Source: Thermoleophilaceae bacterium (GTDB lineage: Bacteria > Actinomycetota > Thermoleophilia > Solirubrobacterales > Thermoleophilaceae). Taken from it: 64,000 bases of DNA. The position numbers and the translations under genes were made by a program. This document shows positions 17,639-26,774 of the stretch, one piece after another. The stretch spans positions 727 through 64,726 of the forward strand of contig JAICJR010000001.1 of NCBI GenBank assembly GCA_025928345.1, read 5' to 3'. Numbering within the stretch: the first letter of the stretch is position 1; each line of letters starts with the position of its first letter. The notes under the pieces were generated by a model that was given only the letters and a program-made list of their open reading frames with translations, was not told where the DNA came from and searched no databases.

Positions 17639-17872
17639 ATGGACCAGGTAATCCAGCTCATCGGAGCGCTGCTCATCCTCGTCGCGTTCGTGGCGGCCCA
17701 GCGCGGCACGCTGGCACCCACGTCACGCCTCTACCTGGTGCTCAACCTGAGCGGCTCAGCGATCCTCGCGGTCCTCGCGCTGCTGGCGCACCAGTGGGGC
17801 TTCGTGCTGCTGGAGACGGTGTGGGCTCTCGTTTCAGGATGGAGCCTGGCGCGAGCAAGCACAGCCAATTAG
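17639..17872 (+). CDS. small three-helix integral membrane protein
   Basis: The 77-aa product is MDQVIQLIGALLILVAFVAAQRG...LYLVLNLSGSAILAVLALLAHQWGFVLLETVWALVSGWSL. ACGGAGG lies 8 nt upstream of the ATG. Confidence 0.6.
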   Translation: MDQVIQLIGALLILVAFVAAQRGTLAPTSRLYLVLNLSGSAILAVLALLAHQWGFVLLETVWALVSGWSLARASTAN

Positions 17873-17889
17873 GCGGCTCTCCCTCATCG

Positions 17890-17917
17890 CTACTCCCTAC
17901 TCCGTAACTCCTACTCC
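17890..17917. repeat. three direct copies of CTACTCC (TACTCCC-type intergenic repeat, locus A)
   Basis: The sequence is gCTACTCC-CTACTCC-gtaactc-CTACTCC-cactcg. The last copy overlaps the guaA stop codon and its conserved ...IEWE* end. Confidence 0.7.
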
Positions 17918-19503
17918 CACTCGATCGTGCCGGGCGGCTTGCTGGTGATGTCGAGCGTGACGCGATTGACCTGCGGGATCTCGTTGATCATGCGAGAGGC
18001 CACGCGCTCCAGCAGGTCGTATGGCAGGCGGGCCCAGTCGGCGGTCATCGCGTCATCGCTCGTGACCGCGCGGATGACGACCACGTAGCCGTAGCTGCGC
18101 TCGTCGCCCTGCACGCCGACGCTCCGCAGGTCCGCCGGAAGTACGCAGAAGGACTGCCACAGGTCGCGGTAGAGGCCGGCTGAGCGGATCTCGTCCTGGA
18201 GCACGTAGTCGGCGTCGCGGAGGATCGCCAGGCGCTCCCGGGTGACCTCCCCGCCGACGATCCGGATCGCCAGGCCGGGCCCGGGGAACGGCTGGCGCCA
18301 GACGAGCCGCTCGGACATTCCGAGTTCGGCCCCCACCGCCCGCACCTCGTCCTTGAAGAGCATCCGCAGCGGCTCGACGAGCTCGAACTCGAGGTCCTCC
18401 GGCAGGCCGCCAACGTTGTGGTGCGACTTGATCGTGGCCGCGCCCGTGCCGCCGCCCGACTCGATCACATCCGAGTAGAGCGTGCCCTGCACGAGGAACT
18501 TGGGATTGCCGAGCTTGGCGGCCTCCTCCTCGAACACGCGGATGAACTCCGCCCCGATCAGCTTGCGCTTCTGCTCGGGCTCCGTGACACCGGCAAGCCG
18601 CGCAAGAAAACGCTCCTCGGCGTTCGCGACGATGAGCGGCACGTGGAAGTTGTCGCGGAACGCGGCCACCACCTGCTCGCCCTCGTTGCGGCGCATGAGC
18701 CCGTGGTCCACGAACACGCAGGTGAGCTGATCGCCGACCGCGCGGTGAACCAGCAGCGCCGCCACCGACGAGTCGACCCCGCCGGACAGCCCGCAAATCA
18801 CCCGCCCGTCCCCCACCTGCTCGCGGATCCTCGCGATCTGCTCTTCGGCCACCGAGGCCGCGCTCCACGACATGTCGCAGCCGCAGATGTCGTCGAGGAA
18901 GCGCCGCAGCACGTCCGTGCCGTAGGGCGTATGCACGACCTCCGGGTGGAACTGGATCCCGTACAGGCCGCGCGCGGTGTCCTCGAACGCCGCCACCGGC
19001 GACTCGGAGGACGAGGCAAGCGCGGTCGCGCCCGCGGGTGGCTCGAACACGGTGTCGCGGTGGCTCATCCAGCAGCGCTGCTCCGACGGCAGTCCGGCGA
19101 ACAGCCGGCCGTGCTCGTGAACGGTGAGCTCGGACCGGCCGAACTCTCCGACCGGCGCGCTCTCCACGCGCCCGCCCAGCTCGAGCGCCATCGCCTGCAT
19201 TCCGTAACAGATCCCGAGCACGGGAATGCCCAGCTCGAGCAGCTCGCTACGCAGCCGCGGCGCGCCGTCGCTGTACACGGACGCGGGGCCGCCGGAGAGG
19301 ATCAACCCGCGCGGCGCGCGCCGGCGGACCTCGTCGAGCGGCACATGGTGCGGCAGGAGCTCGGAGAACACGCCGCACTCGCGCACCCGCCGCGCGATCA
19401 GCTGCGAGTACTGCCCTCCAAAGTCGAGTACGAGGACCTCCTGCGTCTTCGCCTCCGTGACCTGCTCACGCTCGGCGGCCCCAGTGGCGAGCGCGTCCGT
19501 CAC
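17911..19503 (-). CDS. guaA: GMP synthase (glutamine-hydrolysing)
   Basis: The GATase domain has GICYGMQ. The ATP-PPase P-loop is [10 protein letters not shown]. The conserved C-terminus reads ...[12 protein letters not shown]. Confidence 0.97.
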   Translation of the reverse strand: MTDALATGAAEREQVTEAKTQEVLVLDFGGQYSQLIARRVRECGVFSELLPHHVPLDEVRRRAPRGLILSGGPASVYSDGAPRLRSELLELGIPVLGICYGMQAMALELGGRVESAPVGEFGRSELTVHEHGRLFAGLPSEQRCWMSHRDTVFEPPAGATALASSSESPVAAFEDTARGLYGIQFHPEVVHTPYGTDVLRRFLDDICGCDMSWSAASVAEEQIARIREQVGDGRVICGLSGGVDSSVAALLVHRAVGDQLTCVFVDHGLMRRNEGEQVVAAFRDNFHVPLIVANAEERFLARLAGVTEPEQKRKLIGAEFIRVFEEEAAKLGNPKFLVQGTLYSDVIESGGGTGAATIKSHHNVGGLPEDLEFELVEPLRMLFKDEVRAVGAELGMSERLVWRQPFPGPGLAIRIVGGEVTRERLAILRDADYVLQDEIRSAGLYRDLWQSFCVLPADLRSVGVQGDERSYGYVVVIRAVTSDDAMTADWARLPYDLLERVASRMINEIPQVNRVTLDITSKPPGTIEWE

Positions 19504-20736
19504 TTACTCAACCAGGGCCGGATCCGCCGGCGTGTGGCCATTCGTGTCCGGAACAGGGGCGGCAGCAGCGGCTCCCGTGGCGCCCATCCCCACCGCCTGG
19601 TCGCGCTGGAGCTGCTTGCCCTCGGTCTGCAGCGCCGGCGCCACCATGACCTCCGCGCGGTGGAAGGACGGGATGTCCTCGTAACCGCAGGTGGCCATCG
19701 ATGTGCGCAGACTGCCCATCAGGTTGAAGGTGCCGTCGTTCTCGTGCGCGGGCCCGAGGATGATCTGCTCGAGCGTGCCGTTCTGCGTGGTCTTCACGCG
19801 CGCGCCGCGCGGCAGCGACGGGTGGAATGTGGCCATGCCCCAGTGGAACCCGCGGCCCGGCGCCTCGTACGCGCGAGCGAGCGGCGAGCCGATCATCGCG
19901 GCATCGGCACCGCAGGCGAACGCCTTGGAGATGTCGCCGCCGTTGCGCATACCGCCGTCGGCGATCACCTTCACGTAGTCGCCCGTCTCGAGCATGTGCT
20001 GCGAGCGGGCAGCCGCGACGTCGGCGATTGCGGTGGCCTGAGGCACGCCGATCCCGAGCACACCGCGAGTGGTGCACGCGGCGCCCGGCCCAACGCCCAC
20101 GAGCACGGCGACCGCGCCGGTGCGCATGAGGTGAAGGCCGGTGGAATACGAGGCGCAGCCGCCGACCACGACCGGCAGCGGAACCTCCTTGATGAACTGC
20201 TTGAGGTTGAGCGGCTCACTGGTGGTGGAGACGTGCTCCGCGGAGATGACGGTGCCCTGGATGACCAGGACGTCGAGACCAGCCTCGACCGCGATCTCGT
20301 AGTAGTCGCGCACGCGCTGCGGGGTGAGCGAAGCAGCGCAGACCACGCCCTGCTCCTTGATCTCCTCCACGCGCCGCGCGATCAGCTCGGGCTTGACCGG
20401 CTCCTGGTAGATCGCCTGCATCTCGGCTGTGGCGTGCTCGCGCGGGAGCTGCGAGATGCGCTCGAGCTGGTCCTCGGCGTCCTCGTAACGCGTGAAGATC
20501 CCCTCGAGGTTGAGCACCGCGAGCCCGCCGAGCTTGCCGAGGATGCCCGCCGTGCGCGGCGAGACGACCCCGTCCATGGCGGACGCGAGGAGCGGAAGCT
20601 CGAAGCGGTAGGGCCCGAGCGTCCAGGTGATGTCGATGTCGTCAGGGTCCCTCGTGCGGCGCGAGGGAACGATTGCTATGTCATCGAAGCCGTAGGCGCG
20701 ACGGCCCTTCTTGCCTCGACCGATCTCAACTTCCAT
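19504..20736 (-). CDS. guaB3: GuaB3-type IMP dehydrogenase-related protein
   Basis: MEVEIGRGKKGRRAYGFDDIAIVPSRRTRDPDDIDI... marks an IMPDH-fold TIM barrel without a CBS pair. It sits immediately upstream of guaA with zero gap, as in many Actinobacteria. Confidence 0.88.
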   Translation of the reverse strand: MEVEIGRGKKGRRAYGFDDIAIVPSRRTRDPDDIDITWTLGPYRFELPLLASAMDGVVSPRTAGILGKLGGLAVLNLEGIFTRYEDAEDQLERISQLPREHATAEMQAIYQEPVKPELIARRVEEIKEQGVVCAASLTPQRVRDYYEIAVEAGLDVLVIQGTVISAEHVSTTSEPLNLKQFIKEVPLPVVVGGCASYSTGLHLMRTGAVAVLVGVGPGAACTTRGVLGIGVPQATAIADVAAARSQHMLETGDYVKVIADGGMRNGGDISKAFACGADAAMIGSPLARAYEAPGRGFHWGMATFHPSLPRGARVKTTQNGTLEQIILGPAHENDGTFNLMGSLRTSMATCGYEDIPSFHRAEVMVAPALQTEGKQLQRDQAVGMGATGAAAAAPVPDTNGHTPADPALVE

Positions 20737-20807
20737 GAAGGCATCCTAGGTTCGGCGGCGGACTGAAAAGGGACGATACCAACGGCTTGCGGCGCGATCC
20801 TGGGCCT

Positions 20808-20825
20808 AAACCCGCAGCTTGCGGG
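20808..20825 (-). terminator. candidate terminator after the sigma-factor gene
   Basis: The minus strand reads UAA-CCCCGCA-AGC-UGCGGG-UUU immediately after the stop codon. The U tract is short. Confidence 0.35.
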
Positions 20826-20826
20826 G

Positions 20827-21687
20827 TTATCCCATCTCCGCTGCGCCAGCCACCACGCGCAGGCGCTCCAACGCCCTGCGGATCAGCCGCGAGACGTGCA
20901 TCTGGGAGATGCCCACCCGGTCCGCGATCTCCAGCTGGGTGAGCGCTTCCGCGAAGCGCAGATAGAGGATCAAGCGCTCGCGTTCCGGCATCGCCCTGAG
21001 CGCGCGGCCGAGCGAAGCGCTGCGCTCGACGAGCTCGAAGCGCCCGTCCATCTCCCCCACCGCGTCCGCGTAGGTGGCGCGTTCGTCTCCGGCCGATCGC
21101 AGGGGAGCATCGAGCGAGACCGTGTCGTAGGCCGCTCCCGCCTCCATCGCCTCGAGCACCGCCTCGACCGGCATGCTCAGCTCGGAGGCGAGCTCCTGCG
21201 GCGTGGGCGAGCGCCCAAGCACACCCGACAGCTGCTCCACCGCCTCGTTCAGCTTGAGCACGCGCTCCTGCAGGCCGCGCGGCACGTGAAGGGCCCAGCT
21301 CGAGTCGCGGAAGTGGCGCTTGAGCTCGCCCAGGATCGTCGGCATGGCGTAGCTAGAGAACCCGTTTCCCCCCTCGCTCTCGAAGCGGTCGATCGCCTTC
21401 ACCAGACCCACGCTCGCCACCTGCACGAGGTCCTCGAGCGGCTCGCTGGCGCGCGCGTAGCGGCGGGCAAGCCGGCGCGCGAGCGGCAGGAAGCGCCGGA
21501 CGAGCTCCTCGCGAGCGCGCACGTCACCGCTTTGCCGGTAGCGGATGAAGAGAAGCTGCTCCCGGCTTCGCTCGGCTTCGAAGCGGCCGGGGATCGGCGA
21601 ACTGTGGGAATCGGGGCGGCGGCCGGCGCCCGTGCGTCTGGCTGTACTCGAACGGCGACGCGGTGTCTGCGCGATCTGAGCCTTCAT
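20827..21687 (-). CDS. RNA polymerase sigma factor, SigB/SigF/SigG (group 3) type
   Basis: Region 2 has DLVQVASVGLVKAIDRF...SYAMPTILGELKRHFRD. Region 4.2 has the HTH LTQLEIADRVGISQMHVSRLIRRALERLR. Confidence 0.9.
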   Translation of the reverse strand: MKAQIAQTPRRRSSTARRTGAGRRPDSHSSPIPGRFEAERSREQLLFIRYRQSGDVRAREELVRRFLPLARRLARRYARASEPLEDLVQVASVGLVKAIDRFESEGGNGFSSYAMPTILGELKRHFRDSSWALHVPRGLQERVLKLNEAVEQLSGVLGRSPTPQELASELSMPVEAVLEAMEAGAAYDTVSLDAPLRSAGDERATYADAVGEMDGRFELVERSASLGRALRAMPERERLILYLRFAEALTQLEIADRVGISQMHVSRLIRRALERLRVVAGAAEMG

Positions 21688-21868
21688 GAGGCGTCCGCTC
21701 TGTCGAGTTACGTGGTTCCGAAGGTCCGCTCGCGTCTTCCACGACGCGCGTCCCCTGGAGTGGAACCGTCCGGCAGGGCGCCCCGGCTCGAGGTTCGCTG
21801 TGTCGGCCGTGCTTCTTTTTGGCTGCTTCCCGAGCCTGAGCAGGGATAAACCAGGCGGCCGGACCTGC

Positions 21869-22831
21869 TCAGCGGCTGGCCTGGGCGGCGGAGGCGTCGA
21901 GGCTCTCGACCCTCACGTCGGGCACGAGCCGCTCGACCTCTCGCGGGTCGAGCACGCCGGCGCCGAAATGCTGCGTGGACTCCGCGCCGCACGCCACGCC
22001 GAAGCGCACGCACTCCTCGGCCGGCTTGCCTCCGTAGCGGGCGGCCACGTAGCCGGCAAGGAACGCGTCGCCCGACCCCACGGCGGATATCGGCTCGAGC
22101 GGATCGAGCGTTGCGCGGTAGAGGAGGCGCTCGGTCTCGCCGAGCAGCGCGAGGCAGCCGGACGCGCGGGTCATGATCACCTCGCGGGCGCCCAGCTCGG
22201 CGATCTCGTGCAGGCCGGTGAGACGGTCCTGGTCGTCCGAGAACTCGTGCCCCACGAGCTCCTCCGCCTCGAGCTCGTTCGGCGAGACGATCGTGGGCTC
22301 CGCGCGAGTGCCGAGCAGCATCGCGTCGCCCTCGGAGTCGAGGATCGTGGTCACGCCGAGCTTGCGCAGCTCGGTGACGAGCCGCGCGTACACGTCCGCC
22401 TCGACGCCGCGCGGCAGACTCCCCGAGAACACGCAGATTTCCGCGCCCTTGGCGAGGTACAGAAGCTTGTCCACGAACAGCTCGAGCTCCGCCTCGGTGA
22501 CGAGCGGGCCGCGCTCGTTGATCTCCGTCTGCTCGCCGGAGGTAGGGTCCACAACCGCCGTTGACATGCGCGACTCCTCGCGTATGCGGACGAAGTCGTT
22601 GAGGATCGCCTCCTCGGTGAGCTGCTCGATGATGCGCGTGCCGTTCGGCCCGCCGGCCACTCCCGTGGCGATCACCGGCTGGCCGAGCGACTTGAGCGCA
22701 CGCGCGACGTTCACGCCCTTGCCTCCCGCCATCGACGTCTGCTCGACGGCGCGGTGGCGGCGGCCAAGGCGGAAGTTCGGGACCGCGAGCGTCTTGTCGA
22801 TCGCAGCGTTGAGCGTGACGGTGATGATCAT
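21869..22831 (-). CDS. PfkB-family sugar-phosphate kinase (1-phosphofructokinase / tagatose-6-P kinase type)
   Basis: MIITVTLNAAIDKTLAV..., GGKGVNVARAL at the N-terminus and GSGDAFLAG near the C-terminus are present. It forms an ATGA overlap with the upstream carboxypeptidase gene. Confidence 0.88.
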   Translation of the reverse strand: MIITVTLNAAIDKTLAVPNFRLGRRHRAVEQTSMAGGKGVNVARALKSLGQPVIATGVAGGPNGTRIIEQLTEEAILNDFVRIREESRMSTAVVDPTSGEQTEINERGPLVTEAELELFVDKLLYLAKGAEICVFSGSLPRGVEADVYARLVTELRKLGVTTILDSEGDAMLLGTRAEPTIVSPNELEAEELVGHEFSDDQDRLTGLHEIAELGAREVIMTRASGCLALLGETERLLYRATLDPLEPISAVGSGDAFLAGYVAARYGGKPAEECVRFGVACGAESTQHFGAGVLDPREVERLVPDVRVESLDASAAQASR

Positions 22832-24063
22832 TGGACGGACCTGGCGCGCTGGCGGCGCACCACACGCACGCGCAGTGCCACGAGCGTACCGGCCAAGAGG
22901 ACGAACAGCACCACGAGCGTGATCAGCACGTCGCGAAGCACGCTCTCGAACCGCCTGGTGAACGACGGCGCCGGCACCTTCGCCGCCGTGACGAGCGGAA
23001 CGCTGCTCGCCACCCGGTCGCCCACGAGCACCTGCGCGCGCCCGACCGCTCGTCCCGCCGGCAGTGGTCCCTTGAGCTCGGCCGGCGCGAGCGCGCGGAT
23101 ACGAACGGGCACACCGCGCCGCACCGTGAGCGTGACGCCGCGTGCCGGGACGAGCGCTGCGCGGCCGCCGTGCTGGTGAATCCGGGCGCTCGCCACCGCG
23201 TGCCTGCCCTTGAACACCGCGACACGGTGGTACTGGCGAAGCCCCCAGCGCAGGAGCGCGATCGAGTCCAAGTCGCGCCTCGCCACGCTCGGCTCGCCGA
23301 GCACGACGCTGATCACGCTGGCGCCCGACCTGTGCGCGGCGCCGACGAGCACGTAGCCCGCCTGCTCGGTGTGCCCCGTCTTCACCCCGTCCACGTAGTG
23401 GTAGCGCGCGACGAGGTCGTTGCGGTTGATCACGGTGCGGGTGCGCGATCCGCTCTTCAAAGTGGCGTGTGTCTTGTCCACGATCCGCGCGAACGCCGGA
23501 ATGCGCATGTCGAGTGAGGCGAGCTTGGCGAGGTCGCGCGCCGTGGAGTAGTTGCCCGGATCGTCGAGCCCGATCGGGTTCTCGTAGTGGGTGTGATGCA
23601 AGCCGAGCCGGCGGGCCTCGCGATTCATCATGTGGACGAAGGAGCTGACCGACGAGCCGCCCACGTTGTACGCGAGGTCCCAGGCGGCGTCGTTCGCGCT
23701 CGGGAGAAGCAGGGCGCGCAGAAGGTCGTGCACGGTCATGCGCTCGCCCTTGCGGAGGCCGATCACGGACTCCGCCGGCGCAGCGTTGTACGCGGGTGCC
23801 GTGAAGACTTCGCTGGGCTTCGTGTGCGCGAGGGTGATCCGCGACGTCATGAGCTTGGTGGTGCTCGCGATCGCTCGCCGCGAGCTCCCGTGCTCGGAGT
23901 AGAGGACGGCGCCGGTGCGCGCGTCGATCACTATCGCGGCGGTCGAGCTGAGCGACGGCGGGGCCGACGCGGCGAGCGCGGGCGCCGCGCTGGTCGCGCT
24001 CAGGGCCACTGCTGCGGCGCAGGCGGCGATGAGGCGCGGCCGGATCGCTGGCGCTCTCGTCAC
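22828..24063 (-). CDS. D-alanyl-D-alanine carboxypeptidase (S11, PBP5 type), secreted, with a C-terminal membrane anchor
   Basis: A signal peptide is followed by the SxxK motif IASTTKLMT, an SxN motif (LLPSAND) and a KTG motif (VKTGHT). A hydrophobic C-terminal helix plus a basic tail ends the protein. Confidence 0.88.
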   Translation of the reverse strand: MTRAPAIRPRLIAACAAAVALSATSAAPALAASAPPSLSSTAAIVIDARTGAVLYSEHGSSRRAIASTTKLMTSRITLAHTKPSEVFTAPAYNAAPAESVIGLRKGERMTVHDLLRALLLPSANDAAWDLAYNVGGSSVSSFVHMMNREARRLGLHHTHYENPIGLDDPGNYSTARDLAKLASLDMRIPAFARIVDKTHATLKSGSRTRTVINRNDLVARYHYVDGVKTGHTEQAGYVLVGAAHRSGASVISVVLGEPSVARRDLDSIALLRWGLRQYHRVAVFKGRHAVASARIHQHGGRAALVPARGVTLTVRRGVPVRIRALAPAELKGPLPAGRAVGRAQVLVGDRVASSVPLVTAAKVPAPSFTRRFESVLRDVLITLVVLFVLLAGTLVALRVRVVRRQRARSVQ

Positions 24064-24404
24064 TACCGCAGTTTTAGCTTCTGGCCGGCCACCAGGCCCT
24101 GCGGGTCGAGCCCGGGGTTCAGATCCTCGAGGGTTGTGACCCTCACCCCGGTCTTGATGGCGATCGCCCCGAGCGTGTCGCCGGCGCGCACCGTGTAGGT
24201 GTGCCGGTGTGCGAACTTCGACCCGGACCGCTTGCCGCTCGTGGTGGTCGTGCTGCTGGTGGTCGTGGAGCCCGTCGAGGTCGAGCCGCCGCTCGAGCCG
24301 CTGCCGGCGCCGGAACTCGAGAGCACGATGATGAACGCGATCACGAACGCGACGATCGCAAGCGGCGCGACAAAGCGCATCGGACTCCTCCGCCGACCTC
24401 TCAT
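24063..24404 (-). CDS. LysM domain-containing membrane protein
   Basis: An N-terminal TM helix and a Ser/Thr/Gly-rich linker precede a C-terminal LysM domain (YTVRAGDTLGAIAIKTGVRVTTLEDLNPGLDPQGLVAGQKLKL). Confidence 0.8.
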   Translation of the reverse strand: MRGRRRSPMRFVAPLAIVAFVIAFIIVLSSSGAGSGSSGGSTSTGSTTTSSTTTTSGKRSGSKFAHRHTYTVRAGDTLGAIAIKTGVRVTTLEDLNPGLDPQGLVAGQKLKLR

Positions 24405-24423
24405 CGCGACCGGATGCTAGTCC

Positions 24424-24459
24424 GGGAGTAGGACCTCCCTACTCCCACTCCCTACTCCC
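24424..24459. repeat. TACTCCC-type repeat, locus B: 9-bp perfect hairpin GGGAGTAGG/CCTACTCCC plus a further CCTACTCCC copy
   Basis: The sequence is GGGAGTAGG-acct-CCTACTCCC-actc-CCTACTCCC. It lies immediately after the stop of the 24459..25682 gene. Confidence 0.7.
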
Positions 24460-25682
24460 TACAGAGCCTCCCCATCGCGGAGAGCCTTGAAGAACACGTC
24501 CTGCTGCCCTCCGTTGTGATCAAAGCGGAAGCCGGGGAAGGTGGAGCTGAAGGCGACGAAGTTGGCGCGTGCGCTCGTGGCGACGTCGAAGATCGAGGCG
24601 GCGGCGGAGGCGTGCGCGAGGTCGTCGATGTTGCCGGTGTGGTTGTTGCGGTAGTAGAGCGTGTCCTGCCCGCCCTGGTCGTTCGCGAAGGTCACGATCC
24701 CGCGCAGCGCGCCGAACGCGGTGATGCCGCCGGCGATGTTCGTGCCGCCGAGGCTGTGGGCGCCGCGGCGCGAGGCGGAGATCAGGTCGGTGGCCCGCAC
24801 ATGACCGCGGCGGATCACGCGCATGTACACGTCGCTGCCCGGGTTGGTGTCGTTGCCCGTGAGGCGCGCGCCGGTCTGGAACACCACGCCCCACTCGCCC
24901 GCGGTCCTGTCGGACACGTGCGGGTCCGAGCCGCTGTCGGCCACGCGGATCGTGTGGCCGCCGGCGCGAAGCATGATGCCGCCGCCCTGCTGCCAGACGA
25001 TCGCCGAGCCGTCGCTCGCGTACGAGGGGCTGCTACCCGAGCCGAGCAGGTGCGGCCTACCGCCGTGGACGCGGGCGACGAAGACCATGCCGCCGGCCTC
25101 GAAGGCCACCGAGCCGCAGTTGCCGTCGATCGACGGGTTGACGGCCGGCGCGCCGATGCCGCGCGAGATCAGCCGGGTGGTGCCGCGGGCGAAGTTGCGC
25201 ACGAATACGTCCTCGACGGCGTCGGCATCGCCCCTCGCCAGATTGGTCGAGGTGGACTGGAACGCCACGCAGTGCGGGCGGCTGCGCATCGAGCCGTCGA
25301 GCGAAGGATTCATGGAGTCGCCGTTGCCCTGCACCTCAGCCGAGGAGACGCTGGCGCGGAAGAGCCTGCCGGAGGGACGTGCGGGCCGCGAGAGGCGGAG
25401 TCCGGCGCGACCGTGCGGGCGGCCCCAGACGAAGACGTCGGCGCGGCCATTCACGTCGTTCGCGACGAGGTTGGAAGCTGCGGAGTCGAAGGCCACGTAG
25501 CGGGCCTTGCGGTCGTCGCCCGAGATGGTGGGGTGCCCGGACGGGCCGTTGGCGGCCTCACCGTGCGGGCCGACGGAGATGGGGATGGGCGCGGTGCCGA
25601 AGATGCCTGCCGAGGCGGCGGCAGGGGCAATCAGGCACGTGGCCGAGCACACCCCGACCACGAGGGACGGAAGACGAGGCAT
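24459..25682 (-). CDS. secreted beta-propeller repeat protein (TolB/PD40-like repeats)
   Basis: A signal peptide (MPRLPSLVVGVCSATCLIAPAAASA) is followed by a recurring unit such as YVAFDSAASNLVANDVNGRADVFVW, CVAFQSTSTNLARGDADAVEDVFVR and FVAFSSTFPGFRFDHNGGQQDVFF. Confidence 0.6.
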   Translation of the reverse strand: MPRLPSLVVGVCSATCLIAPAAASAGIFGTAPIPISVGPHGEAANGPSGHPTISGDDRKARYVAFDSAASNLVANDVNGRADVFVWGRPHGRAGLRLSRPARPSGRLFRASVSSAEVQGNGDSMNPSLDGSMRSRPHCVAFQSTSTNLARGDADAVEDVFVRNFARGTTRLISRGIGAPAVNPSIDGNCGSVAFEAGGMVFVARVHGGRPHLLGSGSSPSYASDGSAIVWQQGGGIMLRAGGHTIRVADSGSDPHVSDRTAGEWGVVFQTGARLTGNDTNPGSDVYMRVIRRGHVRATDLISASRRGAHSLGGTNIAGGITAFGALRGIVTFANDQGGQDTLYYRNNHTGNIDDLAHASAAASIFDVATSARANFVAFSSTFPGFRFDHNGGQQDVFFKALRDGEAL

Positions 25683-25782
25683 ACCTGTGTCCTCGCCACC
25701 CCGTTCGGAGGCCTAAACGGCATTTACTCCTTATGGACGAATGTTGGAGGTTTCGGTAGCTCGACTGAAGTATTTGCATACC

Positions 25783-26592
25783 TCAGCTGCGTGAGGCGAG
25801 GCCCCAGGCGGTGGTTCGCAGCTCCTGCGCGGCAGCCGCCGCGGCCGTCGCGGGGTCTCCCCCCGATGAGCGATATGCGTCCACGATCGAGCGCGACGCG
25901 GTGACCAGCCCGGCGGCCGGATGGGGGGCGAAGGCCGGGCCCAGCAGGTCCACCGATCCGCCCTGCGCTCCCACGCCCGGCAGGAGGAAGATCGAGTGCG
26001 GCATCAACTCGCGGAGCCGCGCCAGCATGTCCGGCCGCGTGGCGCCCGTGACCGCGCCCACGTCGCTCAGCCCGCAGGCGGCGATGCCGCCCGCTCCGAG
26101 CTCGCGCACGATCGCGGCGAGGCGCTCGTGCAGCGGCTCGCTCGGCGCCGGGAGGTCTTCGATGTCCGCCGCGCCGGGGTTGGAGGTGCGCACGAGGCAG
26201 AAGACGCAGGCGCCGGCGGAACGCGCGGCCTCCACGAGCGGCTCGAGGGAGTCGCGGCCGAGCAGTGGGTTGGCGGTGAAGGCGTCGGCACCCAGGCCGG
26301 GAACGTCGCCGAACTCGCCGGGCGTCGACCCGACAAGGAACTGCGCGTATGCACGAGCGGTCACCGGAACGTCGCCCCGCTTCCCGTCGGCGAGCACGAG
26401 CAGACCGGCCTCGCGCGCATAGGCGGCCACCGCGTAGAGCGCCGCGATGCCGGGCGCGCCGAGGCGCTCGAAGCAGGCGAGCTGCGGCTTGATCGCCACG
26501 CACGCCGGCCCGGCGGCATCGATCGCCGCGCGGCAGTGCGCCTCCACCGCGGCGGCGGTGCGGTGCGGGACGTCGCCGTCTTGATCGCGCAC
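25783..26592 (-). CDS. pyrF: orotidine 5'-phosphate decarboxylase (type 2); start unresolved
   Basis: IKPQLACFERLG, LADGKRGDVPVTA and LLPGVGAQGG are present. The track GTG at 26592 removes the conserved N-terminal strand (…FADRLAALVEERNSQIVLGLDPDP…), which is encoded in-frame upstream (see findings). Confidence 0.82.
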   Translation of the reverse strand: MRDQDGDVPHRTAAAVEAHCRAAIDAAGPACVAIKPQLACFERLGAPGIAALYAVAAYAREAGLLVLADGKRGDVPVTARAYAQFLVGSTPGEFGDVPGLGADAFTANPLLGRDSLEPLVEAARSAGACVFCLVRTSNPGAADIEDLPAPSEPLHERLAAIVRELGAGGIAACGLSDVGAVTGATRPDMLARLRELMPHSIFLLPGVGAQGGSVDLLGPAFAPHPAAGLVTASRSIVDAYRSSGGDPATAAAAAAQELRTTAWGLASRS

Positions 26593-26774
26593 GGCCTCGA
26601 CCGCGACCTGCCACAGCGCGGCAGGGTCGGGGTCGAGGCCGAGAACGATCTGGCTGTTCCGCTCCTCGACGAGTGCGGCGAGCCTGTCAGCGAAGGGGAG
26701 AACGCCTCCGACAGTACCGCCGAAGGGCTCCCCGCCTGGTTGGACCGGAGGCTGCGCTGTGGGCGCGGCTTGTC

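Noticed and set aside
20804-20811. The octamer GGCCTAAA occurs three times (20804, 25713, 27113), each in an intergenic region upstream of a minus-strand gene (guaB3, beta-propeller gene, hup)
   Set aside because: Its distance to the start codon varies from about 30 to about 70 nt, and no common flanking sequence or symmetry is visible. Intergenic DNA here is AT-richer, so chance recurrence is not negligible. A motif search over the whole genome would be needed.
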